Shown in pieces: positions 46,251-61,829 of a DNA stretch of 64,000 nt. Within the stretch, counting starts at the first letter, position 1; the number at the start of each line of letters is the position of its first letter. The position numbers were made by a program, and so were the translations under genes. The stretch lies in the NCBI RefSeq assembly GCF_009914755.1, contig NC_060925.1; one strand, 5' to 3'. The notes under the pieces are model-generated. The model worked only from the letters and a program-made list of their open reading frames with translations. It did no database searches and had not been told where the DNA came from. Source of the DNA: the human T2T-CHM13v2.0 reference genome, Homo sapiens.

Positions 46251-49200
46251 ACACTTTGAACAAAAGGAGACAGTCTTATTCTCTCTCCCAAATGGGATGA
46301 TGCTATGTCACAGTTGTCATTATGTTTTCTGTGCAACATGTACAGTATTGCTCTCTGGGCAGTATTAATTGCTCCTCACATTCAATCACTGTTTCACCTG
46401 AATGAATATTGTGGAAGCTAAATATAAAATTGTAAATTTAATAATTCCAGGAATCCTTATATAAAATAATAGGGGGAAGGAAAAGATTGAGAAGAAATTA
46501 GTTAATATATAGAAACACACACACACACAAGCATACTGTAAGGGAGGAAATATGCACAGCTGCCACTGCTCTTCTTTCTGTATTGATTACCAGGCTGTAG
46601 TTAATATTTATTACTAGTGTTAGACCACTGGACTAATTCTTTAAGTCACCCAGAGGAGGAACCCAGATATAGTGCCACTGCCATCATATCTGGACATTGA
46701 ATGTCCCTGTGGTCATCATTTCCACATGGAGGTCACCTGATGCCACGACTGATGAACCTACAAGCCCCTGCATCTTTGTGCAATCGTCATGAGGGCTAGT
46801 GTCTCAGATGTAGTTATCTAGTTGGTGAGAAGGTGCTCTAGCTGCCAGTGTTTCAGCCTTGTATGATGGTAGATTCTTCAGTCAGATATTGGGCAACCAG
46901 CAAGTAGACAAATGTCCTTAACAAAAGTGACTGAGTTATAAATCTCTAGAGGCCTGAGAAGCCTGGCTGGGGTTGGAAAGTGGAGGTGGAAGACTAATGG
47001 ATAATGAATGTCCCAGGGTGGATAATTAAAGGATGAAATCATGAGTTTGTTTCTAGTCTATAGAAAGTGACCCAGCAGGGAGAGAAAAGTTGATAATCGA
47101 AGGGGAGCCATTGAAGATATTTTATTGAGAGTGAATAATGGAATAGGCCAATTCCATGAAAAGAGCACAGGGTTGGTCTTAAAGAAGGTTTACCTCAACT
47201 TCTGAGTATTGAGAGAAGAAAGGAAGCCCTATGGTGGATGAAGATATATTTGAAGCTCAGGGCAGTTTCCTGCTTTATTGAGCAAAATAGGCTTTAGCTC
47301 AGAGAAAAGTATTCCTTTGCATAGTAGTACCTTCTTGCAATGACCTAAATGCTTTGGATGTGATTAAAAATTCTCACTTGGGTGCCTACTCTAGACAATT
47401 TCTGATCTTATCAGCAGGTTAAGGCAAAATGCTCAGTTTTAAAGCCCCGTGAATATGTGTAAGGTCTTAAATTCTATTATGTATATATTATAATTATGAT
47501 GAGGTATTTTTCTGAAAAAGATAAGTATATGTGTAATATATAGATATATATAATTTCAGAGCATTATAAATTTGAATAGTTACTTAGTTATAGCTGAGAA
47601 TTTTAGCTTCAGTTTAGTCAGCCAAACAGTCATTGGTCTATTCTTCTAAACAATAGGACCCAGAAGAATGAGAAAATTAGGTAAATTAGGTAGATTTTCA
47701 AACTTTCTTACAAGATGATTTTTAATTTGGTCTTCTTTTACTTGGAACCTAGGTTTCTAAAAATATTAGCACAGTAAAACCTGTCATAATTTCAAGGAAT
47801 TTGAGAAACAGTCTCCCATTTTTTTCCTGCCACATTATATACCTCTATGATTTGGTTAATATGTTCATTGCACCAACTATCACATGCTGTTTCTGCCTTT
47901 AATTGTATTTTTGTTTGGCTCTTAAGGCAATGTATCTCCAAACAATTAAATAGGACTCTAATTCAATGGGTAGAGCTGGTCAATATAGGAAGAGCTGGTC
48001 AATATAACCAATGAGAACTCCATGGAAGAGAAAATCCATAATGGTGATTACTATAGAAAAGCTTTGAATCAGACTCACCTATTTTGGACATCAGAGAATT
48101 CACAAGAGAAATTTTCAAATGCTTCCATGTGTAAAAAAGTATATTTTAAAAGGGATACAATCTAATGTTTGTAAGGGATTTAAAACCATATAAATATGTC
48201 CCTTAAGGGAAAGCTTTGTTTGGGCTCAGATATTAATGTTTGTCAGAGAGTCTGAAGGACAGATACTCTAGAAATGTAATATTTTGAAACTGCTCTGAGA
48301 TTTTCTCTTAGATCTAGGAAGGAAATTCTCTTTCTTTATTAGGTGCCTACTGTGTGTTCCAGGCACGGAGCTGAGCATGGGGAACAAGGTTCTACAACAC
48401 AGACTCAGCCCTTGCCCTCCTGGAGCTAACATTCTGTGGTAAAAACAGAAGACATAACAGCAAAGTTTGGAAAGGCTGTGCTGTAATAAATACAGTGCCT
48501 TGTGGAAACAAGTACTAGGGATATCCAGCCCAGGTGAAGAGGGGGCAGAGGAGAATGAGCCAGAGAGTGAAGAACATTTGCAAAGGCCCAGAGGCACAGA
48601 TACCACATGGCAGGACTTGAAAAGTTGAGTGTGGTGGGACTGGGAAGCTGGGGAATGAAGAGAAATCAGGATGGAGGGATACACAAGGGTCAGATTATGA
48701 AGGGCCCTCCAGGTCATGCTTGGAGTTTGGGCTTCTATAACTACTAACACCTACTTTACTTTGTTTTCACAATTACTCCTGCCAGCATTCTTGATGATTT
48801 CAGCATCCATGTGATTAATCTTCAGTTTCTTGAATGCTTATTTTCAATATTCTTGTATTTTCACACCACTTTGTTCACCCCTTGTCATGGACATGCTCGA
48901 GACTTTGTCATCACCAATAAGCATGCTTTTTCTATAATCTCCATGTCAAGAATCCTGCTCTTTGACCATCTCCCCTTGCACCCTTCATGTTAGTTTATTC
49001 CCTCTACTACTCAACTTCAGGAATAATTCTCCATGGTTCTTGGCTCCCCCTTCTGGGTGCCAGGTTCTGGCCTGAGTAACCCTCTCTTCTTCATGAAAAG
49101 CAGCCCATATGCGCATCTAAGTTGTTTTCACAGCCTGCTTTCCTACCAGCACAATTTTTAATGGTTGAAAGGCTTTTTTTTTTTTTCCATTTTGTTCTGT

Positions 49201-49859
49201 CTCTGTCTCTTTCTGTCTCTATATTAGCACTATTTCTGCTAATACACTTCTCTCACAAAACTACCTGGACCTCCAGTGGATCTCTCTGGTGTTCACTCCA
49301 TTAGATATGATAAAAGCCTGCAAATCTCCTAGAGATCTTTTCTCTGTCTTCTCTTTGATCTTTGCTCAGAAGGCATTTCTTAATTTTAACAGTGTTTGCT
49401 ATCTGGAGAGGCTAGACACTTCAAGACTATGAAGTCCTCTTTCCTTTTGTTTAAGGGCCCTTTCTTCAATGTATATCTCTCCTCTTACAGCAAGAAGAAA
49501 CCAAGAGACATCCGCAACACTTGCTGGAAATCTCCTTAAATATATCATTCAGTTCAATAGGCACATTCTATACTTTCCACATAACTACAGATGGTAATGT
49601 TAATGAGCTCTCTGCTACTACACAAGAAGGACCACTGTTCTCCAGTTTCCAATAAATTATCTCTCACTTCCTTTTGTGCCCTCACTGGCAGAGTCTTTGA
49701 AGTCCGCCAGATTTCTACTAACAGCCTGTTCGAGGCAATTTAGGTTTTCTTCACCATGCTTCTCCAAATCCTTCTAGCCTCTGTCTGTCCGCTGGTTCCA
49801 AAGCCACTCACACATTTTCAGGTTTTCATTATGGCAGCACCCCACTTTCAAGTTCCAGT

Positions 49860-50265
49860 ATCTGCATTAGTGATCTAATGTCATATAATAAATTAACCCA
49901 AAACTTAGTGGCTTAAAACAGTAATCATTTATTATCTCACAATTTCTGTTTTTAAGGAATTCAGCTGCAGCTTAGTGTGGGGTGGAATGGGAAAGGAGTA
50001 TCTGCTTCAGGGTCTCTTACAAATACTGCACTGAAGGTGTCAGCCACCAGGACTGCAGTCATTTCAAGGTTCAACTTCAGGAGGAGCTAGTTTTGAGATA
50101 AATTCTTGGGGTTCCAAGTTCTTCATGGGATGTTGGACTGAGGGCCTCAGTTCCTCCCTGGCTATCGGCTGGAGACCTCCTTCAGTTCCTTGTTATGTGG
50201 ATCTCCCCATAGGACAGCCTGCACCATTGCAGCTGGCTTTCCTGAGAGTGAGCCAGAGAGACTCA
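49860..50265. mobile_element. Old MaLR LTR (MLT1-type)
   Basis: cccaaaacttagtggcttaaaaca...ttattatctcacaatttctgt...ggactgagggcctcagttcct. Confidence 0.65.
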
Positions 50266-50689
50266 CTGATGATCTTGCTTTTTATTTTCACTGAGACAAC
50301 AGAAGCAGGTGGAGTTTCTCTAATGATTGCTTTTCTCACCCAAATCTACCAGGCTGCCTGTATCAGTGCCCATGCACTTTTCCTCTCTTCTTTTATTGTG
50401 AATAAATTCTTTGAGTTCTGATCTAAGGCAAACCCTTTGTTACGTGTTCTGAGTCCCATCTCTTATTGTCAACTCAAGGACTTTCTTGCCATTATCCTCT
50501 ATTTTCTGCACCATCATGTTTCTCTCTCAGCTAATAGACACGATATAATAACTCCCATTTAAAAAAATAAATTTTCTCTGTTACACATTTCTGTCAAGTA
50601 ACCACCCCATTTCACTACTTCTTTTAAAGAAAACAAAGTTTTGAATTGTATGAATACATTATATCTTCAAAAGTTAATAAAAAAGTCAA

Positions 50690-51670
50690 CAAGTGACTCT
50701 GGCCACGAGGGAATAAGAGGGTCTGGATTACTCTCCTGTGATAAACAACTAGAAAACTGGAAAAAATGTAGGAAATAATTATTTTCAGACATTGGACAAA
50801 GACAGACAGAACTGTGATTCCTAAGAGAAGGAAACAAAATGAGTACTCCTAGTACTTAGGCTTTCTGAACTGTAGAAAATTCCCAGAACATGGCACAGAG
50901 CTGAGGAACTCAAGCTGAGCCCAACAATCTTGCAGAGATAAGAGTTCAGAGAGGGTAAGGGGCTCAAGTTCATGGGGCAGAGTACTTTGAAAGCAGGAGC
51001 ATACAGAAAAACTTACAGTGGGGCCACTTTAACTCTTTGGCTGAATATCAATCTGGCCACAATGTTGGGTAAGAAAAACTTCTAGTAAGAGAACAGTTAT
51101 CAGGGAGCTATAAGCTAAACAATTCACAGAATTCATAGAGGTCTGGGAATCGTTCAAGTTCCCACAAACGAGATTGGAGAGACCTTAATGGGTATCAGTG
51201 ACATTTCATAGGAACTCCAGAAGAGCTATACTTTAAAGGTGGGGCCAAATTAGCCTTAGAGTCAAGGCTACACTATACTATTCCCCAAAATGCTTAAAGG
51301 ATGCCCTAAAAGATTCAAATTAGTGCTCAAGTAACTTAACTGACTTTCAGAACAAAATCCAACACTCTTCAAGGCAAAATAAAACAATGTAATATTCAAA
51401 AATGAAATAATCACAGTGTCTGGCAGCCAGTAAACACATGCTAGATATATGAAAAGATAGGAAAATGTGACCCATAACCAAGAGAAAAAGAAAAAATAGT
51501 CAATAGAAACAGACCCGGAAATGACAGAGATGATAGAATTGGTAGACAAAGACAGCTATCATTAATATGCTCTACATGTTCAAGAATGTAAAGGAAAATA
51601 TGAATATAATGAGACAGGAAATTGAAGATGTAAAAAAGAACCCAGTGACATTTTTAAAGATGCAAAATGC
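50690..51670 (+). mobile_element. Ancient L1M 5'UTR/ORF1-type fragment
   Basis: A-rich, ggaaaatgtgacccataaccaagagaaaa...cagagatgatagaattggtagacaaagac. Confidence 0.6.
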
Positions 51671-54148
51671 ATTTTTTGTAAACAAAAATGCTAAATATTA
51701 ATTTGGGCATTTAGAATAATGTTATTCAATAAAATAGTATTTATGGTGTGCAGCCCATAGTGCTAGGCTCTGTAAGGGGTGCACTTTTCATTCTCCTTCC
51801 CTTCTTTCCTTTCTATCAGGATGGACTCATGGATTCTTATTTTAGTTTGTGGGCTACAAAAGTTACATCATTTATTTTATTACTGAAATCGTCTTTCTTT
51901 CTAGCAGTATAAGATGTACCAGGTTGATCTTATACTTTTCCTGATATAACACTGGAATTAGCCATTTCTCCAAGGAGCCATCGTTCCTTTTGTTGAAGAA
52001 TGGTATTTACAAACCAGTGTCTGGAGGATAGTTGTTCGTTGTTATTGTTTCTAGCCCTCTCTGTGTGCAGAGCTAGTTAGTGCACACAATATATACACAA
52101 TGTGTGTACATAATATACACAAATCTATATATCTATATATCTCTGTATGTACATGTATTAAAGGGTGTGTGTTCATACTAATATGTCCCATTCTAGGCCA
52201 AAACTGCACAGTCCGTTCTAAACTTCTTTTCTTTCTGTTTTGTAACTTTCTTCTCCAGCAGTGAGAAAGAAACCTGGCTTCCCTTTCCCACAGTGTGTTA
52301 CTTATTTGCTCAGTGCTAGAATACACACAAAGCAGTTTTAGCATTGCTATCCCATACTGCTGTGAAAAATGAAAACAAGCGTACTAACTGAAGTGCAATA
52401 TTGTTTACACTCATTTTGCCTTTACTAAGGCTAATGGGTACATGGTCAAATATTATGTTCCAAAGTTAAATAGGATAGGTCTTCCCTCTCCCTTCAGGTG
52501 GTTATATTATTAACTTGGTAGACATTAAGTTCTGTTTGTTTCAGTTTGCATTCTTCTTTTTTTCCCACTTTCTCTTCTCTTTGTTGATTTTCCATTTATT
52601 TGGTGATATCTTACATCTGAAGAGTACTTTGCATTTTACAAAATGCTTCTTAAACTTTCCTCCTTGATAAGATTTATCTAGGTCAGCACTACTTACTTGG
52701 CATTCAATAGGTCTGGGTGGAACTAGATTGCTTGCATTTATTCAGAACATAGATTGCTTAGCTCTGGACCTTCTGAATTCCTCATGGGGTCTAGGAATCT
52801 ATTTTTTCACAAGTTCTCCAGGTGATTTTTATGATGAGTCTAGTCTGGGACAATAACTCAGTCTCAAATTATTTTGGATTGGCAAGAGAAAATTTTGAGG
52901 TAATGTTTTTATAGATTACCAATCTGAAATTTAAAATAAGTGACTTGATTAAATGATTTACAAAACTAATACTAAATTTTCTAATTCCACTTCATTGGTT
53001 TGTTCACTATTTTGCTGTCAGTTTACATTACAATCAGAAAATTAGGTGGCACCAATTTGGTGTTATTCCTGTAATAATTTAGCATAGAATTTGCTTGGAG
53101 AAGCTTTAATATATTCACATTTTCTGGGAAGAAAAATTGGACCAAAAGTCAGAGGACAGAATGTGCTTTCTTTCTAAACCATGTATGGCTACCAAAAATG
53201 AAATTCCAATACTAAAGAATTATATCTCTACCTTTTGTGTAAAAATATTACCAAAAAGGCAAAAATGGTAAAGAGACAAAATTTTAAGTTCATTTGACAA
53301 CTGTTTTCATACTATTTTCACTTTCAAGTAAAGTTTATTTACATGTAGAGGTATTAAATAAATAGTGGCACTGAGTTTGTATATGTGTATGTATACTGGT
53401 AAGGCATAAAATATTTTGTTGCATATAAAATTTTCAAGAATTCCAGAAATTCTTAATGTTTGCTTGTTTTAAGCCAAGTATATCTCCTGTTACTTTTAAA
53501 ATTTGATGATCCTTTTATTCTCATACTTTAAAATTATCAAATTTGTTAGAGTATGTTTTGATATTAGTAAAAACAGAGTTCTTAACTTCTTATACTGACT
53601 TTGGCATGTAACAAGGTTGGTGGATTCCAGGTTTCACACAAACTTGGGAAACTCCTCTCACAAATACAGGAAATAGCTAATGTTTTTCCTTAAAGAAAAG
53701 AATCATTTGAAGTAATTATATAATTCTCTAATTTTCCATTTATAAAAATATTGACATGATTCAGGTTATAATTATTTTTTAGTCATGGTTACTATGGTCT
53801 TTATTGATCTCTAAATAAAATGGTGATGATAACAGTGAAATTTATCTTGTGACAATAAGGCACGTTGGGTGTAATGAAATGAATATTGAACATGATGCAC
53901 AAGACTTCAGTTGAGTTCCAGGTCTACCTTCTCTCCAAATCTCAGTTTTCTTACCTGTAAAGTAGATGATGTTAGTTCCCTCAAAGGGTGCTTTGAAAAA
54001 CTGGATTAGATAATATTACTAAAGGTGTTTCATGTAAATTGTAATAATGAAATTTGATGATATATTTAATGTGCTTTCTCTATTTTTGTGTCCTTTGCCC
54101 ATCAAATACCCACCAGTAGGGAGTACAAAATACTTTTGGCTTATACCT

Positions 54149-54447
54149 GGGGAGGGAGAATTTTCTTTTTTCTTAAAGGGCCAAATAGTAAACATTTTGG
54201 GGTTTGTGGACCATCCTGTCTTGGTCACAGCTATTCAACTCTGTGCTTGCAGAAAAACAATTATAGTTAGTATGTAAATTGAATTAATGTTACTACATTT
54301 ATGGGCACTGAAATTTGAATTTCATGTATCATGAAACAGTCTTTTTTTTTTTTAATTGAAAATGTAAGTAACCATTCTTAGCTCACAGGCTGTACAAAAA
54401 CAGGCAGATGGCTGGATTTGGCCTGTGGGCCAGAGTTTGCTGATCCC
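54149..54447. mobile_element. MER58-like hAT DNA transposon relic
   Basis: aaagggccaaatagtaaacatttt...ggctggatttggcctgtgggccagagtttgctgatccc. Confidence 0.78.
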
Positions 54448-56119
54448 AAGCTTAGAACATTTTGAAATTAGTTTTAGATTGATGCTGATAGTGTCATGAT
54501 GGGGTTAGCTGTTGGCATGGTTACAGAAAGCTTTTTTAAAAACCAACAAACAATGAATTACTATAATGCATATTTTATAATGTAGATACTATATAGTCAT
54601 TATTAAGGATATATACTCTATATGATGTTTTGCATGTGTATTACAATTATTAACAAAATGAAAAAGAGATTGAATAAATAGAAAATACATCAGTGAAGGG
54701 ATGAGGAAACCATAGAGTTAATCTGATTTTAAATTCGCCCTTTTTTACAAATATTCAGTGTATTTAGAAAAGGATGGCTTTGGCAAGACCATCTAAAGTA
54801 AGATGATGTGATTCTAACTTTTCTTTTTGTCTTAAAATATGACTAAAATTTTCTATCATTTAAAATGTTAGCAGAGAATATATTTGTTGTTTTGTGCTCA
54901 ACTTAGGCAAATATTCTTGCTTTAAAATTCTGAAGTTTTTCAGCCAAAGCATAATACCTTGCAAGAATGTTTCCGACATAAAACACCACAATTTATTCAA
55001 TTTGTTCACAGACTTTTTGTAAAAGCTTTTATTTTAATATTTGAAAAACACCTAAAAGGTCTGGCTTGATATTTTTAAAAATTACATTTTGTTTGCTTTG
55101 CTTAAAGATTTAGATAAAATCGAAAGTGCTAAATCAGGCTACCTCTAATTCAAAACAATATTTTATGGGTGGATAGCATTTTACAGTTCTCAAAAATACT
55201 TTTATGTGATTATTGTCTTTGATATTCACACCCTTGTAAACATAGATGGTTCGGGGATTGTCTTGGTTTTATTGATTCAGGAACCTGAGGCTCACAAATA
55301 TAAACTTACTTGTCCATGATCCTATGGCTAATAAGCAAACAGAAGTACTTGATTTTAGATCTCAATGTTAATTTAGTGTGCTTTTGACACTAATATCCCC
55401 TATACAGTTCCCAGTAGATTCCTTGGCACATTAAAGCCATGCAAATGTTGTTTCAGGGTTGATTTTTTTTAGTAGTAAAGTAATAATAAATTCTATTACT
55501 TGAAAATATATCATAATTCAAAACATTTCATATTAGTGGGGTATGCAGAGAAAGACTAGGGTCTATTTTTCATGTTTTTTATATCTGGATGCTCATATAT
55601 ATGCTAGTTTATTATAGCTTCTAAAGCAACACTTTTCCATACTGATTTTTAAATTATTACATTTGTTAATTACAGTGTTTTCCCTCTACAAGGACTGCAA
55701 GATTTCTGAAGGCAGTGATCATGCACTATCTCCCTATCCCCAGGTTCTTTGAAAAACAGTGTGGTTTCGATATGAGGTAGCAGATATTAATGGATAGAAT
55801 GGGGCAGCACAGGTGAGATGGGTAGACAGAGGCACTGCTACTCCTCACTCTTCTCCCCACTGCTCTTATTCTATAGTCACTTCATTTACACCAAGACTTA
55901 GACTCCCTAAAGGATGAGGCAGATTTATAAAAAATCTAGTAAGTAAGAAATAACAACTGTCTGTTCTTGGTTGCATGCTATTATTTTTTATGCCCTGTAT
56001 TTGGTAACCCTACCCAGCTAATTATAATTTTTTTTTTTAAGATTAACCTACTTATTTGAAGGTTTAAAATGATAGGCAAAGTATTGCTTACAAAAATTTC
56101 CTGGATTTTCTTTCTTTTT

Positions 56120-59100
56120 GTAAATAGTTTTATTGAGGTATAGTTGATATATAATAAGCTGTACATATTTAAATTATAAATTTGACAAATATTGATCTGA
56201 GAAATCACTCATAAAACCATCAGTATAATAAAGAAAGTGAATATATCATCAATTAGAAAATTTCTTCCTGCTCCTTTGTAATCCCACCCTCATGCTCCTA
56301 CCATTGGTACTTCCTCCTCCCACCCCACCTCTGTCCCCAGGGAATGGCTGATCTGATTTCTAGCACATAGCCTACTATTACTCTAGCATTTTTTAGAACT
56401 TTATATAAATGCAATCATACAGTACTTTGTTGTGCTTTCATATACATGATTATCTTGAGATTCATTAATGTTGTTTATATCAGTATTTCATTCGTTTTGA
56501 TTGCTGAATAGCATTCCACTAAATGGTTATATTGCAATTTGTTCATCCATTCACCTGTTGATAGGCATTTAAATTGTTTATAGTTTTTGACTGTTACAAA
56601 TGAAGTTGTCACAAGTGTTAGAATTGAAATATGTTTTCATGTCTCTTGGATAAATGCCTGGGCATGGAATGGGTACATCATGTGGTAGGTGTGTGTTTAA
56701 CAACTTAAGAAAGTGCCAAACTGTTTTCCAAAATTGTATCATTTTACATTCCCATCAGCAGTGTAAGAGTTCCAGTTCCTCCACATCTTCACCAATACTT
56801 GGTGTAGTCAGTCTTTTTTTAAAATTTTAACCATTCTAGTATGTGGATAGTGATATCTCATTGTGATTTTAGTTTGTGTTTCTTGAGTGACTAATGATGT
56901 TGAGCATCCTTTCATATGCTTATTTGCCATAACTATGATTTATATGGTGAAGTGACTGTGTAACATTTTGCCTATCTTTTTAACTGGGTTGTTTGTATTA
57001 TTATTATTTAGTTTTGAGTATTGTAGATACCTTATGGATACAAATCTTTTATCAGATAGATAATTGGCAAATATGTTCTCTGTGTATGGTTTGTCTTTTT
57101 GTTATCTTTCATAGTGCTTCTCAGAAAACAACTTTTCAATTTTGATAAAGTCTAATTTATCAGTTTGTTCTTTTATGGATCATGCTTTTTGTGTCATATA
57201 TAAGAAATTTTTAATTAACACAAGGTCACAAAATTTTTTACTTATGTTTTCTTCTAGAAGTTTCATAGCTTTAGGTTTTACATTTAGATTTATGATTCAT
57301 TTGGAATTAATTTTTGTATCTGATGTGAGGTATGGATTAAAGTTCTTTTCTTTTATTGCATATAGATATTCCATTGTTCCAGCACAATTTATCAGAAAGA
57401 TTATCATTTTTCCACAGAATTTCTTTTGTGCCTTTGTAGAAAATCAGTTGTCCATGTAAGTGTTAGTCTATTCTAGACTCTATTCTGGTCCATTCATTTA
57501 CTTTTTTTTGTTTTTACATGAATACTTCATTGGCCTGATTATTGCAGCTTTATAATACATTTTGAAGTTAGGTATTGTTATTCTTCAAAATATGTTCTTC
57601 AGTTTCAAAGTTGTTTTGGCTATTCTAGATTCTTTGCATTTCCATATGAATTTTTAGATTCATCTTGTCAATTTGTGTAAAATAGCCTGTTGAGATTGTG
57701 AGTAGCATTGCATTAAATCTGTAGATAAATTTGAGGAGAGCTGGCATATTAACCATATTGAGTCTTCTGACCCATAAGCACAGTACATCTCTCATTTTAG
57801 TTAGGTCTTAATAATTTCCGTCAACAGCATTTCATAGTTTTCAATGTGCAGATCCTAAACATCTTTTGTCAAATACATTACAAAGTATTTCTATTTTTGA
57901 TGTTATTGTAAATGATATTTTAAAATAATTTCTGTTTCATCAGTTATCCAATATAAATTCAGTATCATAAAATTATTCATATTTCCTTATTATCCTTTTA
58001 ATATCTGTAGACTGTGTAGCAATATCGTGCTTTCAGTTTTTATATTCTTAATTTGTGACTTCTGTGGTTTTTCCTGGTCAGTCTGTGATATGGTTTGGCC
58101 ATGTTCCCACCTAAATCTCATCTTGTAGTTCCCATAATCCCCAAGTGTCATGGGAGGAACCCAGTGGGAGGTAATCATGGGGGTGGTTACCTCCATGCTG
58201 TTCTTCACTATTATGGCGGTTACCTCCATGATAATGAGTGAGTTCTCATGAGAGCTGATGGTTTTATAAGGGGCTTTTCCCCACATTCACTCTGTACTTC
58301 TTGCTGCCACCATGTTTGCATGTCCTTCCACCATGATTCTAAGTTTCCTGAGGCCTCCTCAGCCCTGAGGAACTGTGAATCAATTAAACCTCTTCCCTTT
58401 ATAAATTACCCAGTCTTGGGTATTTCTTCCTAGCAGCATAAGAATGGACTAATACAGTCTGGTTAAAGCTTCTTTCATGTTTTAAAATCTTTTAACCAGC
58501 TTTTGGCTTTCTTGATCTTTGTGTATTATTTTTCTGTATTCTATTTCATTATATTCTGATTTGATATTTATGATTTCTCATCTGTTTTAAAGTTTGGTTG
58601 AATTTGCTCTTTTTTTTTTTTCCTAGTTTGTTAAGACGGAAGCTGAGGTCATTGATCTGAGACTTTTCTTTTTTTCTCATATAGGCAGTTAGTGCCTATA
58701 TTTAGTGTTAAACACATTTCCCTGGAATTATTGCTGTAAGCAATATCCTACCTTAAAGAATATGTTGTATTTTAATTTTCATGTACTTAAAAAATCCTTC
58801 TAATTTTTTTTGATATGTTTTTTGACCCAGGAATTATTTAGTTGTGTTCAGTTTCCAACTATTTAGGGCCTTTCCAAATATCTTTCTGTTATTGATTTCT
58901 GTTATTAATCCTATTTTTGTGTGACTGGAATCCTTTAAAATTTATTGAGACTTGTTTTATGGACCAGAATATGGTCTTCCTTGGTAAATGCTTTTGCAAA
59001 GAATGTGCATTCTGCTATTGTTGCATGGAGTGTTCTTGAAATGTCTATTAGGTCAAGTCAGTTGATGCGTTGTTCACGTTTTTATCCTTACTAATTTCTG

Positions 59101-60260
59101 TCTATTTGTTATATCAATGGAGAAGAATGTTACATCAATGATGAAATGAAATTAATCAATAATTGTGGATTAGTCTATTTCTCCTTAAGGTTCTCTCAAT
59201 CTTTTGCTTCATGTATTTTGAAACTCTGTTATTGGGTTCATAAATGTTTTGGATTGTTATGTTCTCTTGGTAAATTGATCCCTTTTTCATTATGAAATGA
59301 TCATCTTTATCCCATGGAATATTCACTGCTTTGAAATCTACTTTCTCTGATGTTAATATAACCATTACAACTTTCTTTTGACTAATCTTATAATGGTATA
59401 TCTTTTCCCGTTCATTTCCTTTTATTTGTGTTTATAGTTAAAATTGATTTCTTGTAGGTTGTTTATAATTGGGTCTTTTTAATCCAGCATGATAATCTTT
59501 GCCTTCTAAATGGGATGTTAAGGCTGTTTGCATTTAGTGTGAAAATTGATATGTTTAGGTTTAAATCTTTTTATTTCTTTTCTTATCCTATTTTATTATT
59601 TGTTTCCCTTTCCTCTTTTTATGCCTTCTTTTTGATTTTTTAAATGATTCTACTTAATATCCTTTGTTGCTTATTAATTATATTTTCTTGTTTTATTATT
59701 TTAGTGGTTGCTTTAGCATTTATAATATTTGTCTTCAATTTATTATAGTCCAAGAGATAGTATACCTCTAAGTGATATCATACCACTTCGTGTAAGAACA
59801 TTACAAATTTCTCCCCTCCCAAGCTTGGTACTAATGCCATACATTTTACTTTTACCTACGTTGTAAACTCCACACCACGGATCTATTATTTTTGCTTTAA
59901 ACAATCAATAAATATTTATCATTTTAGTTAAATTTAATTTCTTTGTGTGAAACCACATTTCTATCTGCTGTCATTTTTTTTTTTTTTTTTTTTGCCTGAT
60001 GGATTGCCTTTAGCATTTTTTATAGTGCAAGTCTGATGGTGACGAATTATTTTTGCTTTGGTATGTCTGAAAAAAAAAAGCCTTTATTTCATCATTATTT
60101 TGAAAGCTGTTTTCGCTGGGTATAGGATTTTAGAATTGCAGTTTTTCTTTTATTTTAGTACTTCACTTTTACGTCATTATCTTTTTGCTTATGTTATTCC
60201 TGATGATTAACCTGCTGTAATCTTTATCTTTGTTTTTCTAATGTAGGGTTTTTTTTTTCA
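56120..60260 (-). mobile_element. Large decayed L1M element
   Basis: T-rich. ORF 59156..59365 resembles the L1 endonuclease (ILTSEKVDFK...IMKKGSIYQENITIQNIYEPN). 3'UTR-like sequence near 56120-56800. Confidence 0.78.
58086..58456 (+). mobile_element. THE1-type MaLR solo LTR nested in the old L1
   Basis: TGATATGGTTTGG...GGACTAATACA; perfect 5-bp TSD gtctg at 58081-58085 and 58457-58461. Confidence 0.9.
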
Positions 60261-60356
60261 GATACCCTTTAAGCTGGGTGTCCCAAATAGTTTACTTCAA
60301 TTAGTATTTAGTATCCTGCTTTAAAAGCCTATCCAGTATTTTCATATCTGTTTTAA

Positions 60357-60641
<285 letters not shown>

Positions 60642-61829
60642 TAAAGGTTAAAAATTGCTTACAAAAATATTTGCTAGCTTATCTCACTTTGCTTAACACT
60701 GTAATGATGGTAGATGTAGTACTGGGGGTATTAAGAGTGGCTTCTAGAATGATTTAACAATGGTATGTATATCTCTGCCATTGTCACTTAAATTCTGTTT
60801 TGAAAACTGTTTTCTTTCAATCCTGGATCTATGTAATGGATGTGTATTGATTGGATATCACTTTTTCACATCTCAGATAACTATTTTTGAAAATAGTAGC
60901 ATGTTTCTTGCCTGAATTTATTCCTTCAATAAATATTTCTTAGAGGCTCATGTTTGTCAGAGACTGCTCCAGGAGCTGGAAAAAGAGTGGGACATTAGAC
61001 ATAGTTCCCACCTCAGAGAGCAGGGACAAACAATAGTAGGCAGAGACAATGATAAAAGAGTAAATGAGTAATTTACTGTACAAACATGATTACAAAAAAC
61101 TTCAAATAATAGACAACACTCTGTTTTCTTTGTGCAAAGATCCCCCAAATCTCTTTTTATCAATTTAAATATACAATTACAAATGTGAATAATACAGGAA
61201 AATGTTAGCGCTATGTATTTAATTTATTAATTTCATTTAATTATGTATAATTTAGCAGTTTTTCTCCACTTATATTTCCTGAAACAATTATATGCAAACT
61301 CTTTATGTCTGATTTTGCATCATTGGTTTTGACATCACTAGAGCTGCTTTTCCAAGTATCTGATACAATTTTCCATACAACTCAAGCTTTACTTCTTTCT
61401 AAGTTACTCGAGATATAGCACTTTTTGAAACTGTGTATGACATCATATTTTAACATGAAGACTTTCAAATAATTTGTCCTGTAGGGATATAGTTGTGATC
61501 TCCACAACATAATTACAATGGCATACAAGCAATTCAATCGTGAAGTTATACCATAGAGAAAAAAGTTACAAAATCTTTATTCAATATCATTTTCTTTTCT
61601 TTGAAAACTAATTCTACCTGATGATTTTTTAGTAGCATTTAGAGTCAACATTGAGTGCATTGTTTTTCAAAATGAAGTAGGTAAGGGAAAGTGCTGTGGA
61701 ATTTTAAAGAACTTGAAAGCTTTCTTAATTTTGTCTTTATGCAGAGATAATTTTGGGGAAAAGTATTTCCTTCTATTTGAATATATATTATAATATCCCC
61801 AAATTATATGTTCCATGAAAAAAATAAAA

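Noticed and set aside
43173-46257. ctatacttt/ctacacttt as the TSD of the retrocopy
   Set aside because: Only 9 bp with a mismatch and no clear poly(A) remnant; too weak to fix the boundaries.
48268-48750. 160-aa minus-strand ORF
   Set aside because: No recognisable domain; lies in L2-like decayed repeat sequence.
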